Positions 53,555 to 64,000 of a stretch of DNA of 64,000 nt are shown piece by piece. Source of the stretch: an uncultured Alphaproteobacteria bacterium (GTDB lineage: Bacteria; Pseudomonadota; Alphaproteobacteria; Rhizobiales; Beijerinckiaceae). Made by a program: the position numbers and the translations under genes. The stretch's first letter is position 1. Every line of letters begins with the position of its first letter. The notes beneath the pieces are model-generated. The model saw only the letters and a list, made by a program, of their open reading frames with translations, searched no databases and was not told the DNA's origin. Location: the NCBI GenBank assembly GCA_963757985.1, contig CAVWTQ010000010.1, positions 181,509-245,508 of the forward strand, written 5' to 3'.

Positions 53555-53911
53555 ATGAGTCCTTCCACCGCGGGATACCGCGAACTGACCAATGGGGTTT
53601 CAAAAAACCTCGCCACCTTGCGGGCCGATCTTCCCGAGGTCATGAAAGGCTTTGGCGAGCTGGCGCGCGCGGCGACGCAGGACGGCGCCCTCGACAGGAA
53701 GACCAAGGAGCTGATCGCGCTCGCACTCGGCGTCGCGGCGCATTGCGACGCCTGCATCGGCTTTCACGCCCAGACTCTGGTGAAGCTTGGCGCGACCAAA
53801 CCCGAGCTGGAGGAAATGCTGGGCGTAGCGGTCTATATGGGCGGCGGCCCGTCGCTGATGTACGCGGCCAATGCGCTCGCTGCCTTTGAGGAGTTCTCCG
53901 CCGTCTCCTGA
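53555..53911 (+). CDS. Carboxymuconolactone decarboxylase/AhpD-like protein
   Basis: GALD.KTKELIAL, HCDACIGFH, MGGGPS. Confidence 0.9.
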   Translation: MSPSTAGYRELTNGVSKNLATLRADLPEVMKGFGELARAATQDGALDRKTKELIALALGVAAHCDACIGFHAQTLVKLGATKPELEEMLGVAVYMGGGPSLMYAANALAAFEEFSAVS

Positions 53912-53921
53912 CGGGTTTGCT

Positions 53922-54983
53922 TCAGTGCCGATGCCGGTGATGCAAGTCGGGATAGTGCGGGTGCGTATGGGTCAGCGGCTTGTGGCGATGCCAGTGCGAA
54001 TGCGGCTCGCTGACCTGTCCTTCGTGCCTGTGCTGATGATGATCGTCATGCACATGGACGTGCTCATGTTCGAGCGCTTCGTGGCGATGTCCGTGGACAT
54101 GGCGCTCGGCGAGGTGAAGCCATAGGCCAACGCCCATCAAAACGCCCGCGGCGACGAGCTTTGCGGTCAGCGGATCGTGCAGGAACGCCACCGCGAGCAC
54201 GGCCCCGATGAAAGGCGCGAGCGCGAAATAGGCGCCCGTCCGCGCCGCGCCGAGATGGCGCAGCGCAAGGATGAAGGCGACCAGACTGAGGCCGATGCCG
54301 ATAAAGCCGACGAACGCCGCGGCGGCGAGGCTTCCAGGCGCCGGAAAGGCGGCGCCGCGCCAAACCGCGAGGCCCATATTCGCCGCGCCGGCGGCGAGAC
54401 CCTTGATCATGGCGATCAGGACCGGATCGGCCGCTGAAAGCTTGCGCGTCAGATTGTTGTCGATGGCCCAGCAGAGGCAGGCTCCCGCGATCAGCATCGC
54501 GCCGCCGTTCAGCGCGACGCCGGCGCCGTTCCACGACAGCAGCAGCGCGCCGGCGAGGATCGCAAAGGCCCCGATGAGAAGACGCCGGTCGACATTTTCG
54601 CGAAAGACGACCCAGGCGATGCCCATGGTCGCAAGCGATTCGAGGTTGAGCAGCAACGCGCCGGACGCCGCGTCGGTGCGGGCGAGGCCAAGCATCAGCA
54701 AAAGCGGACCGAGGACGCCGCCGAAGACGACGACCGCGCCGAGCCAGGGCCAATCGGCCTTGCGCAGCGGAGCCTCTTGGGCGGGAATATCGAACGCCGC
54801 CCGCGCAAAGTGAACGATGGCGAGCCCTGCTCCCGCGCCGACGTAAAGCACGCCCGCCAGCAATTGGGGGTCGATCGCGGCGAGCAGCAGTTTCGACAGG
54901 GGCGCGAGCGCGCCGAACAGAACCGCCGAGGCGAGGGCGAGAGGAACGCCGGGCCAGAGCTGCGCGCCCATGCCTTGTCTCAT
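53922..54983 (-). CDS. DMT/EamA transporter with His-rich C-terminal tail
   Basis: EamA-like TM repeats, LLLNLE, WAIDNNLTR; tail H.H.H...HDDHHQH.H...H.PDLHHRHRH. Confidence 0.88.
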   Translation of the reverse strand: MRQGMGAQLWPGVPLALASAVLFGALAPLSKLLLAAIDPQLLAGVLYVGAGAGLAIVHFARAAFDIPAQEAPLRKADWPWLGAVVVFGGVLGPLLLMLGLARTDAASGALLLNLESLATMGIAWVVFRENVDRRLLIGAFAILAGALLLSWNGAGVALNGGAMLIAGACLCWAIDNNLTRKLSAADPVLIAMIKGLAAGAANMGLAVWRGAAFPAPGSLAAAAFVGFIGIGLSLVAFILALRHLGAARTGAYFALAPFIGAVLAVAFLHDPLTAKLVAAGVLMGVGLWLHLAERHVHGHRHEALEHEHVHVHDDHHQHRHEGQVSEPHSHWHRHKPLTHTHPHYPDLHHRHRH

Positions 54984-55014
54984 GACTGGAAAACCCCGGC
55001 CGGTTCGAAGGGCC

Positions 55015-55341
55015 TCAATGGACCCCCTTGGAATAGAGACTGAGCACTATAACGCCGGCCGCGATCAAGCCCATCCCGGTCATTTCGCCGGCGCTGAGAG
55101 ACTGCTTGTAGATGATCCAGCTGATCAGGGACACAAGCGCTATTCCGACGCCGGACCAGATCGCATAAGCGACGCCGACCGGAATCGCGCGCAAGGTCAG
55201 CGACAGAAAATAAAAGGCGAGCGCGTAGCCCGCGACGACGGCGAGCGAAGGCGCGAGGCGCGTAAAGCCCTCCGCCGACTTCAGCGCCGAGGTGGCGACG
55301 ACTTCCGATACAATGGCGATCGCGAGTTGGAGCCAGGGCAT
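55015..55341 (-). CDS. SMR family multidrug efflux protein
   Basis: [28 protein letters not shown]. Confidence 0.92.
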   Translation of the reverse strand: MPWLQLAIAIVSEVVATSALKSAEGFTRLAPSLAVVAGYALAFYFLSLTLRAIPVGVAYAIWSGVGIALVSLISWIIYKQSLSAGEMTGMGLIAAGVIVLSLYSKGVH

Positions 55342-55516
55342 GGGCGGCGGAGCTCGTTCTTCAAAAAAGTCCGGAGACTTTTGAACGAGATCATGCCGGA
55401 AGGCAAAGGATAAAGGCCGCATCGATGCGGGAGCAAGAACCGGAGTGTTTGCGGCGGCCTTAAGCGCGTACGGTCGGCCTTGTGAAAAACGCATGAGAAT
55501 TCAGGAGCCGAGGACG

Positions 55517-56194
55517 ATGCTCGTTACGCGCGAACCAGCGATTTTGTATTTTGGGACCCCGGTGGTGTTGATCAGCACGGTGAACGAGGACGGCTGCGCC
55601 AATCTCGCGCCGATGTCCTCGGCGTTCTGGCTCGGATGGCGCTGCATGCTGGGCCTCGCCGCCGGATCGAAGACCTCGCAGAACATGCGGCGCAGCGGCG
55701 CGTGCGTGCTCAATCTCGCCTCGGTCGACAATGTCGCGGCGGTCAATCGATTGGCTCGCACGACCGGCTCGAATCCTGTGCCGCCCGGCAAGCTGGCGCT
55801 CGGCTACCGCCATGAGCGCGAGAAATTCGAGATCGCCGGCCTGACGCCGATCGCCTCGGAGACGGTCGCGCCGCCGCGCGCGCTGGAGTGCCCGGTGCAG
55901 CTCGAAGCGGTGGTTGAGATCGCGCATGGCATGGCCGAGAGGGACGATGCGCTGCGCGGGCGTTTCGTCACTTTCGAAGTGCGCGTCCAGCGCGTGCATC
56001 TCGACGACGCAATCCTCATGGAGGGCGAGCCGAATCGGGTCGATCCCGACAAATGGCGCCCACTGATCATGAGCTTCCAGAAATTCTACGGGCTGGAGCC
56101 TCATCAGCTGCGACATTCGACGCTCGGCGAGATTTCAGAGGCGCTGTACCGCAGTCCCGATGTCGACAGGGCGCGGCTCGCGGCGGGCGCGTAG
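55517..56194 (+). CDS. Flavin reductase family protein
   Basis: PAILYFGTPVVLIST.N..G..NLAPMSS, ECPVQLE, D.W.PLI. Confidence 0.85.
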   Translation: MLVTREPAILYFGTPVVLISTVNEDGCANLAPMSSAFWLGWRCMLGLAAGSKTSQNMRRSGACVLNLASVDNVAAVNRLARTTGSNPVPPGKLALGYRHEREKFEIAGLTPIASETVAPPRALECPVQLEAVVEIAHGMAERDDALRGRFVTFEVRVQRVHLDDAILMEGEPNRVDPDKWRPLIMSFQKFYGLEPHQLRHSTLGEISEALYRSPDVDRARLAAGA

Positions 56195-56415
56195 AGCCTT
56201 CCGCCGAGGGGGGGGTGAGGAATTCGCCATACGGATTGGCGCCGGTCGCCGGAGCTGGCTCCGCCCGGTCAATCGTCCGCGCATCGCGCATAAAAATTCA
56301 TTCGTCGCCCGGGGTCAATCGCGCGACGATACGAACGCGGCTCGCAGCGAGATCACCGGGACGCCGGAGATCGAGTGTTTTCGAGATGCGCGGAAAAATC
56401 TACGACAGGCTGCTT

Positions 56416-56661
56416 TCAGTCATTCGTCGCCATGCTGTGGCCTTCAGCGCGCATGAACAAGTCATCCATATCTTCCATGGGGACGATCGCCAGTGTCTTT
56501 CCATTCATCTCGCCGACCATCACTGTGACCTCCTTGCCGCTCTTCAGCTTGACGGTCCGTTCCCTCATATACTTCAGGCCTTCGAGTCCAGCTGCGAAGG
56601 CTGAGGCAGAGACCATGACGCAGGCAGCGATCATCAAGGAACGAAGAAGCTTCGTATTCAT
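56416..56661 (-). CDS. Small exported hypothetical protein
   Basis: 81 aa with signal peptide (SASAFA); AAGGAG RBS upstream. Confidence 0.6.
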   Translation of the reverse strand: MNTKLLRSLMIAACVMVSASAFAAGLEGLKYMRERTVKLKSGKEVTVMVGEMNGKTLAIVPMEDMDDLFMRAEGHSMATND

Positions 56662-56816
56662 GAGTGACTCCTTATGTTGAAGGTTAGTCGCGCGGTTGAA
56701 GAAGAGTTCGCCGTGAGCGAAGCATTTCTCTCAGGATTGCTCACGCGAGATAACAATATCGCACACGCGATTTTCGGCAATCGGGGTTTTGTTTAACATC
56801 TATTCCATAGAATATA

Positions 56817-58676
56817 TTAAGCCGCCTCCAGCGCCTCCAGCTCCGCGATGAGCCCCTCGATCATGCCAAGCCCGATCTGCCAGAAGGCGGGGTCGCGCGC
56901 ATCGAGGCCAAAGGGCGCGAGCAGTTCGCCATAGGGTTTCGCGCCGCCCGCCGACAACAGCGCGAAATAGCGCTCGGCGAAGCCTTCGCGCGCGTTCTGG
57001 TAGACGCCATAGAGCGAATTCACGAGGCAATCGCCGAAGGCGTAGGCGTAGACATAGAAGGGCGAATGAATGAAGTGCGGGATATAGGCCCAGTAGGCCC
57101 TGTAGTCGTCGGTGAGTTCGATCGAGGGGCCAAGGCTCTCGCTCTGTTCGCTCATCCAGAAATCGCAGATCTGCTCGGCGGTGAGTTCGCCGTTGCGGCG
57201 CTCGGTGTGGACGCGGCGCTCGAAGGAATAGAAGGCGATCTGCCGCACCACCGTATTCAGCATGTCCTCGACCTTCGAGGCGAGCATCGCGCGGCGCTCG
57301 GCGACTGTATCGGCCTTGGCGAGCAGCGCGCGGAAGGTCAGCATCTCGCCAAAGACGGAGGCCGTTTCGGCGAGCGTCAGCGGCGTCGGCGCCATCAGCG
57401 CGCCATTGTGGGCGGCGAGCACCTGATGCACGCCATGGCCGAGTTCATGCGCGAGGGTCATCACGTCGCGCGGCTTGCCCTGATAATTCAGCAGCACATA
57501 AGGATGCGCCGAGGGCACGGTCGGATGCGCGAAGGCGCCGGGGCTTTTGCCGGGCCGGACCTGCGCGTCGATCCAGCGCTCGTCGAAGAAGCGGCTGGCG
57601 ATGCCGGCCATTTTCGGCGAGAAATCGCCATAGGCGCCGAGCACCGCGCGGCGCGCATCCTCCCAGCTATAGGTTTTGGCCGGAACGTCGGGCAGCGGCG
57701 CATTGCGGTCCCAGAATTTCAGCGCGGGCTTGCCGAACCATTTGGCCTTCAGCCTGTAGTAGCGATGCGTCAGGCGCGGGTAGGCGGCGCGCACCGCGCC
57801 GGCCAGCGCATCGACCACCTCGCCCTCGACGCGGTTCGAGAGATGGCGCGAATCGGCGACATCCCTGAAGCCGCGCCAGCGATCGGAAATCTCCTTGTCC
57901 TTGGCCAGCGTGTTGGTGATCAGCGTGAACTGGCGCAAATTGTCCTTGAACACCGCGCCGAGCGCCTTCGCCGCTTTCTCGCGCGTCTCTTCTTTCTGGT
58001 CCTGCAGCAGGTTGAGCACGGGCTCGATGGCGAGCGACTGCCCATCGACGTCGAAGCGCAGCGCGGTGATGGTTTCGTCGAACAGGCGGTTCCAGGCGCC
58101 GTAGGCGGTCGACCGATTTTTCGTGGAACAATTGCTCCAGCCGGTCGTCGAGCTGGTAGGGCTTGCCCTTGCGGATGTCTTCGATCCACGGCCGGTAATG
58201 CGCCAGCGGCCCGGCGGCCAGAGCCGCGCTGAGCGCGCCATCGTCGAGCCGGTTCAGCTCCAGTTCGAAGAACAGGAGATCGCGAGGTGGCCGCGGTGAT
58301 CTTCTCCTGCGTATCGCCGTAGAATTTGCCGCGCGCGGGATCGGAGGTGTCGCCGGCGTAGACGAGGCCGGCGTAGGATCCGATGCGCCCGAGCAATTCG
58401 TCCAGCGCCTCATAGCGCGCGACGGCCTGCGCCAGCGCCGCGCCGGTCTTGTCCTCGGCGAGCGTCGCGATCTTGCCGCGATAGTCCTTGGCGAAAGCCG
58501 CGCTCTCGGCGCCGGCGCGGGCGAGATCGGCGGCGAAGGCGGGATCGTCCGGGGCGGCGTAGAGGTCGGCGAGATTCCATTCCGGCAGGGCGCCCAAATC
58601 CGCGGCCGGAGCCGCCTGCGCGCGCTTCGGCGGCGGCTTTGAAAATATCGGGCAAGCCCGCGCGGGTTCTGAGCAT
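56817..58676 (-). CDS. M3 family oligoendopeptidase (PepF-like) (frameshifts)
   Basis: LPEWNL.DLY, GK.PGAF, TLAHELGHGVH, AETASVFGE, HF..SPFYVYAY. Confidence 0.93.
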
Positions 58677-58820
58677 GGGAAATCCTGATCCTTGGGGGAG
58701 CGTCGGGCTTCGCCTCAATGACGCGTCAGCTGTCATATCGGAGCGCGCGCGGATAGATCAACCTTGGCGGGGCGACTCGCGGCGGCCCTGCGCCGGGCGC
58801 GCCGAGTTGGTTTTCCTTAC

Positions 58821-58836
58821 GTTAACGCCTCATTTA
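58821..58836 (-). promoter_or_regulatory. CtrA-like box upstream of the tacA-like gene
   Basis: Minus strand TAAA-tgaggcg-TTAAC, one mismatch; tacA is a known CtrA target. Confidence 0.4.
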
Positions 58837-58950
58837 CCCTAATCGGCCAGCATGGCTGCGTCGGGGCGCTTCGCCTCGCCGATTGATTTGCAGGCCGGCT
58901 GGTCCTGGCGCTTGTCGTTCAAGCGCCGGGCCGGGGTCGCGCGAGGCCTC

Positions 58951-60471
58951 ATGTCCCCAAACATTCTCATTGTCGATGATGATCCGGTGCAATGCCGGCT
59001 GCTCGAAGTGCTGGTTCACCGCTTCGGCTATGGCGTGGAGACGGCGGCGAGCGGCGCCGCCGCGCTGGAGCGGATCGCGGACCCGCTGGCGCCGCGCGTC
59101 GATCTCATGATCCTCGACCTCGTCATGCCGGGCCTCGACGGCATGGCCGTGCTCGGCCGCATGCGCGGCGCGCCTTTCGCCGTTCCGGTCATCGTGGAGA
59201 CGACGCACGGATCGGTCGAGGCGGCGGTCGCGGCGCTGCGGGCCGGGGCGATCGATTTCGTCCTGAAGCCGGACGGCGGCGAGCGGCTGCAGGCTTCGAT
59301 CAAGAACGCCCTGCGTCTCGCAGCGCTCGAGGCCGAAATCGGGCGCCTCGGGCGCCAGGCGCTCGGCGGACTGTCCTTCGCCGATATCGCCGGGCAATCG
59401 CCCGAGATGGAGCGCGCCGTGAGGCTCGGCGAACGCGCCGCGAAATCGACGGCGCCGGTTCTGCTGGACGGCGAGGCCGGCGTCGGCAAGGAGGCTTTCG
59501 CGCGCGCGATTCTCGCCGCCTCCGACCGGCGCGGACGGCCCTTCGTGACGCTCGCCTGCGGCGCTCTGCCGGCCGACGCCATCGAAGCGGCGTTGTTCGG
59601 ACAGGACAAAGACGCGAGCGAGCGCAAGCTCGGCAAATTCGTCGAGGCGCATGGCGGCGCACTGTTTCTCGACGACATCGGCGCCCTGCCGCTGCAAATG
59701 CAAGGCAAGCTGCTGCGCGCGCTGCAGCAGGGCGAGGTCGAGCCGGTGGGAGGCGGCCGTCCGGTCAGGGCCGACATCCGCCTGATCGCGGCGACGACGG
59801 ACGATCTGCTTGAGCGGGTCAGGGCCGGCCGTTTCCGCGAAGACCTCTATTACCGCCTCAACGTGCATCCGATCGCCATTCCGCCGCTGCGCCGCCGGCA
59901 GGGCGACATTCCCGGCCTCGCGCGCGGCTTCTGCGCCCGTTTTTCCGCGCAGGAAGGCAAGCGCCTGCGCGGCCTCAGCGCCGGCGCGCTGAGCCTGCTT
60001 TCCGCCTATGACTGGCCGGGCAATGTCCGCCAGCTGGAGAACGCCGTTTTCCGCGCCGTCGCGCTCGCGGAGGGCGACGAACTGACCGTCGCCGAATTTC
60101 CCCAGATCGCCGCGGTCGTTCCGGGCTTCGAGGTGCGGGTTCCGGCCGCCGCGCCCCCGCGCGCCGCGCTTGCGCCCCGCGCGCCCGAACTTGTGACCGT
60201 CGAGATCGCCGATCCCAACGCCATGCCGCTTCTCGACGAGAACGGCGACATGCGCAAGCTCGATGAACTGGAGGCGGCGGCGATCCGCTTCGCGCTCGTC
60301 CATTATCGCGGCCGCATGTCGGCGATGGCGCGAAAGCTCGGCATCGGCCGCTCGACGCTCTATCGAAAGATGAAGGAATATGGGCTTGCCGTGGAGGCGC
60401 AGGCGCCCGGCGACGATGTCCCCGAGCCTGGCCTGGCGGAGGCGGAGCGCCGCGAGGGGGCCGCGGCGTGA
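58951..60471 (+). CDS. NtrC-family response regulator (REC-AAA-HTH), TacA-like
   Basis: ILIVDDDPVQ.RLL, LDLVMP.LDG, GEAGVGKE, FREDLYYRL, WPGNVRQLEN, LGIGRSTLYRK; next to M3 peptidase and L,D-transpeptidase. Confidence 0.88.
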   Translation: MSPNILIVDDDPVQCRLLEVLVHRFGYGVETAASGAAALERIADPLAPRVDLMILDLVMPGLDGMAVLGRMRGAPFAVPVIVETTHGSVEAAVAALRAGAIDFVLKPDGGERLQASIKNALRLAALEAEIGRLGRQALGGLSFADIAGQSPEMERAVRLGERAAKSTAPVLLDGEAGVGKEAFARAILAASDRRGRPFVTLACGALPADAIEAALFGQDKDASERKLGKFVEAHGGALFLDDIGALPLQMQGKLLRALQQGEVEPVGGGRPVRADIRLIAATTDDLLERVRAGRFREDLYYRLNVHPIAIPPLRRRQGDIPGLARGFCARFSAQEGKRLRGLSAGALSLLSAYDWPGNVRQLENAVFRAVALAEGDELTVAEFPQIAAVVPGFEVRVPAAAPPRAALAPRAPELVTVEIADPNAMPLLDENGDMRKLDELEAAAIRFALVHYRGRMSAMARKLGIGRSTLYRKMKEYGLAVEAQAPGDDVPEPGLAEAERREGAAA

Positions 60472-60559
60472 GCAAGGCGCGTTCGGATGCGGCGGGCTTT
60501 GTCTCACTCGATTTTGTAGTGTTCAGTCAGCGCCGGTCTCCCTATATGCAAGGGTGACG

Positions 60560-62339
60560 ATGTCTGATCGGGAATCGCCAAAGGGGCCAGTTAAGTCGAT
60601 GCGCCTGCCGGTCGGGGAAGCCTTTCTGAAGAACGCGTCCACCTTGGCGCTGGCCCTCGCCCTGTGGGGATCGCCCGCCCGCGCGCTTGAGGCTTATGAT
60701 GCCGGCGCTGCGCCGCCCGGCTCGAATTTCGCGGCGCTGGCGCAGATCGGGACGCCGCCGCTGATTCCCCCGGACGGCGCGGCTGAGACCGGATCCGCGC
60801 CAGTCGCCGCCCGCCCCGCCGACGCGCCGCCTCCGGCGGCGGCGGACCCCTCGGCGCAACCGCTGCCGCCGCTCAATGCGGCGGTGAAGGCGGTTCTCGA
60901 CGCGCAGGCCGAACATGACAAGGCTCATCCCGCCGCCGCCGAGCGCCGCCGCGAGAATGAAGCCATCGCGGCTTTTTATGCGGCGCGCGATTTCGCGCCG
61001 CTTTGGTCGCATGGCGGCGCGCCCGACCCGGAGGTCGCCTCGACGCTGCAGCGTCTTCAGCGCGCCGGCGAGGATGGGCTCGATCTGAAAGCGCCGCCCG
61101 TCCGCTTTGCGGCGGATGGCTCTCCCGACGCGGTCGCCAACGCCGATGTCGCGCTGAGCGAGGCGGTCGTCGCCTATGGCCGCGAGGCCAGCGGTTCGCG
61201 CGTCGATCCGCACGCCATTTCGCCCCTGATCGGCGCGCGGCCGACGCTCGCCGACCCCGCCGTCATCCTTGCGATCGTCTCGTCCGCCGGCGAGGGGGCC
61301 GGCGCGGCGCTGCAGAATTTCAACCCGCCGCAGAAGGGCTATCAGGCCCTGCGCGCAAAGCTCATCGAGACGCGCAGCGAACGCGCGCCGACTGCGAGCG
61401 GCCCCGCCATTCCCGCCGGACCGGCCTTGAAGGTCGGCATGCGCGATCCGCGCGTGCCGCTGATCCGGGCGCGGCTCAGCGTCGACGAACAGATCGACGC
61501 GCCCGAACGCGACCTCATCTATGACACAAAGGTCGCGAGCGCCGTGGCCGACTTCCAGAAGGCCAATGGCCTGCCCCCGTCAGGTCAGCTGACGGCGCGC
61601 ACCATCGCCCTCATGTCGGGCGCCCCGCAAGGGGAGCTCGAGGCCGAGATCATCGCCAATATGGAGCGCTGGCGGTGGATGCCGCGCGACATGGGCGACA
61701 GCCGCATCGAGGTCAATATTCCCGATTACGAGGTCGTCGTGATCGAGAACGGCGCGGTGACGCAGCGCAATCGCGTCGTCGTCGGCAAGGAGGCGACGCC
61801 GACGCCGATCTTTTCCAACACGATGCAGTTCCTGATCGTCAATCCCTCCTGGAACGTGCCGCAATCCATCATCCAGGAAGGAATTGCTGCCGAAGGGCGG
61901 CGGCCATCTTGGCTATCTGCATCGTCTTGGCTACGAGACCGGTTACCATGACGGCCAGTTGACGGTGCGTCAGCCGCCCGGCGAGCGCAACGCGCTCGGG
62001 CGCATCAAATTCATGTTCCCGAACGACTATGCGGTCTATCTGCACGATACGCCCATGCGCGCGCTGTTCGAGCAGGACAAGCGCGCCTTCAGCCACGGCT
62101 GCGTGCGCGTCGACGACCCGTTCCGCTTCGCCGAGACGGTGCTTGGAACAGGCTGGAGCGAGGCGCGCATCAAGAAGCTCATCGGCGGCAAGGAGCGCTA
62201 CGTCAATCTTGCGCGGCCGTTGCCGATCCACATCGAATATTTCACCGCGGAGGTCGACGATCTCGGCCGCCTGCAGTTGCGCGAGGATATTTACGGCTAT
62301 TCGCGCAAGGTGAGGGCGGCGCTGGGGCTTGAGGGGTAG
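60560..62339 (+). CDS. Murein L,D-transpeptidase (YcbB/LdtD type) (frameshift ~61878)
   Basis: PG-binding region, NMERWRW, VNIP, VVVGK, NP.WNVP, NALG.IKFMFPN, YLHDTP, SHGCVRV. Confidence 0.93.
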
Positions 62340-62593
62340 GCGCGCCGCGGCTGGCTCAAGCTTGCAGCTTCAACTTGGTTGTAGGGCGGTTTGAAACGCG
62401 GCAACCTGACGTTGCCGAATTGCGGCGGCGCCCTCGCCTGACGATTTCATGTTGACGAGCGTCGTCCGATTGCAATTAAGTCACGGCATTAACGCGCTGC
62501 CGTTTTCTCCGGCATGCAGCCCCTCGGGGCTCAATTTCAGAAGCAGGCCAGCCGCCGGTTTGGCGGGCGCGCTTGCCAACACAGGGGACCACC

Positions 62594-63245
62594 ATGAGCT
62601 TCACCGCTCCTGTGGAACCAGACCGGGAAACGCCGCCGCTCCGCCGGGTCGAGATTTCTCTCGAAAGGGCGCCGCGGGCGCGACGCTTCAGTTCCGTCGC
62701 CCGCTTCGCCAGCAGTCGCCGCGGCCAGTTGCTTTACCCTTGCAATTGTCGTCAGTCCGGCGAGCGCAGGCTTCTTCGATTTTCTTTTTCCTTCCTACCA
62801 GCCCCCGGCGCCGGTCTACAGGCCGCCGCCACCGCATTTCTTCCATCGTCGGGTGGCGCATGTCGAACATCATCCGAAAAAGGTGGCGGTGGCGCACCAC
62901 CGGATCGTCGAGGCGAAGACCCATCCCGTTGCGCCCGGGACTGTCGATGTGATGGATGACGACAGTCTGCGGGACGGCGATGCGGTGATGACGTCGGACG
63001 GTCTGCGCATCTTCGTCGGCTCCGCTGGGGACCACCACAACCGGGGCGACTTCGTCAAGATATCCGAAACCGAGGGTCTTCCACGCAGCGAGCGCAGCGC
63101 CCTCCTCGCCCTCGACGTCAGTCATGAAGGCCAAGCGCAGCATCCGGCTGCCCTCGCCGGGCGCTCCGCCGCCGAGGCGGGGATTTCCGCGGGCGTGCCG
63201 ATCGTCGATCCGAGAGGCCGCAAGATCCGCTACGTCGGACCGTAG
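62594..63245 (+). CDS. Hypothetical exported protein (frameshifted)
   Basis: GFFDFLF, Pro/His-rich linker, D.SLRDGDAVMT.DGLRIFVG, IRYVGP. Confidence 0.55.
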
Positions 63246-63303
63246 AGCGCGGCAATTCAAAATCGCGCGCGCTGGCCGGCTCCGTTCCGGCGGCGATGCG
63301 GCG

Positions 63304-64000
63304 TCAGTATTTGGCGACCGCTGCGGACGGCGCAAACAGGTCGAATTTGTAGTTGAGGCCGGCCCGAATGACGGCGACGGAGGTGTCGAAGCGGGCGCCG
63401 TAAATGAGGCCCGCGGCAAATCGCGTGCCGGCGCCGGTGCCCGGCGGCGGAACCACGAAAGTCGCGTTGGCGTGGCCAAGATCCGCATAGAGCGCTTCGC
63501 CCTTGATCGTCCAGTTGGGAGTCAGGCCATATTCGACGCCGGCGCCGACGACCCAGCCAATGCGCGTCGAGCTGGCGTTGAAATCCGGCAACTCGAATGT
63601 GGGCGAGCCATTGGACGAAACGCTATAGAAGGTATTGTGCACGTTCGCATAGGCGAGGCCCGCAGTGAAATAGATCATCGTGCGGTCGACCGCGAGACCA
63701 AGGCGGCCGCGCACCGTGCCGAGGTAATTCAGACGGTTCGAACTCGTAAGGTTGGTAATTGTTGATGACGTTGGGATCGAGGTAGGTGGTCCTGTTGCTG
63801 AGCCAGTTTATGTCGGTCTCGAGACCGTAAACCAGGCTTCCCGCCTGGAGGTTGACGCCAAGCGTGCCGCCCCCGGCGAAGCCGCCGCTTTGCGTGTTCG
63901 CCAGGCCCGGGTAGCCGTCGAAGGTCCCATTGAGATCATTGAATGTGTGGAAGCCTTCCGCATATCCGGCCGTCACGCCGAGGTAGACGCCGGCCCAGGT
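63304..64000 (-). CDS. Omp25/RopB-family outer membrane beta-barrel (5' end outside window, frameshift ~63740)
   Basis: W.G.YLG, GG.LG.N.Q, VRGRLG, Y.TAGLAY, GW.VGAGVEY, RAGLNYKF. Confidence 0.9.

Noticed and set aside
62476-62493. TTAA...TTAAC as a CtrA box
   Set aside because: Spacer is 9 bp, not 7
2526-63976. Frameshifts in mnmE, mnmG, priA, rho, hemE, aroE, hisH, trpS and others as pseudogenisation or programmed frameshifting
   Set aside because: They hit essential genes throughout the window with otherwise intact motifs and no common slippery site; most consistent with long-read or assembly indel errors
1-64000. tRNA or rRNA genes
   Set aside because: No convincing cloverleaf or rRNA sequence found by eye; tRNAscan-SE or Infernal would be needed to exclude them

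Overview
GC-rich alphaproteobacterial (Hyphomicrobiales-like) chromosomal window spanning the probable replication origin. It holds hemE-hemJ-rho and, divergently, the PPDK-regulator-maf-aroE-coaE-dnaQ operon. Also present are mnmE-mnmG-rsmG-parA-parB with a 7+1 parS cluster, priA, glcEF, the his/coaA operon, hslVU, trpS, an M3 peptidase, a tacA-like regulator and an L,D-transpeptidase. Accessory content includes a Dcm/Eco29kI-like/Vsr restriction-modification operon with CtrA-like and LexA-like boxes upstream, two type II TA pairs, a two-gene insert in the his operon and a ~0.6 kb direct duplication. The most striking unexplained structure is a family of ~47-bp REP-like hairpins (13 copies, one partial, at 6 loci, with compensatory base changes). 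They mostly form inverted doublets just downstream of genes, and one doublet encloses a stand-alone GIY-YIG nuclease gene, suggesting a RAYT/REPIN-like system built on a GIY-YIG nuclease. A second ~175-bp structured repeat sits beside two of the doublets. Many essential genes carry single-base frameshifts, most likely sequencing/assembly indels. All calls were made by eye from motifs and gene order; no searches were run.
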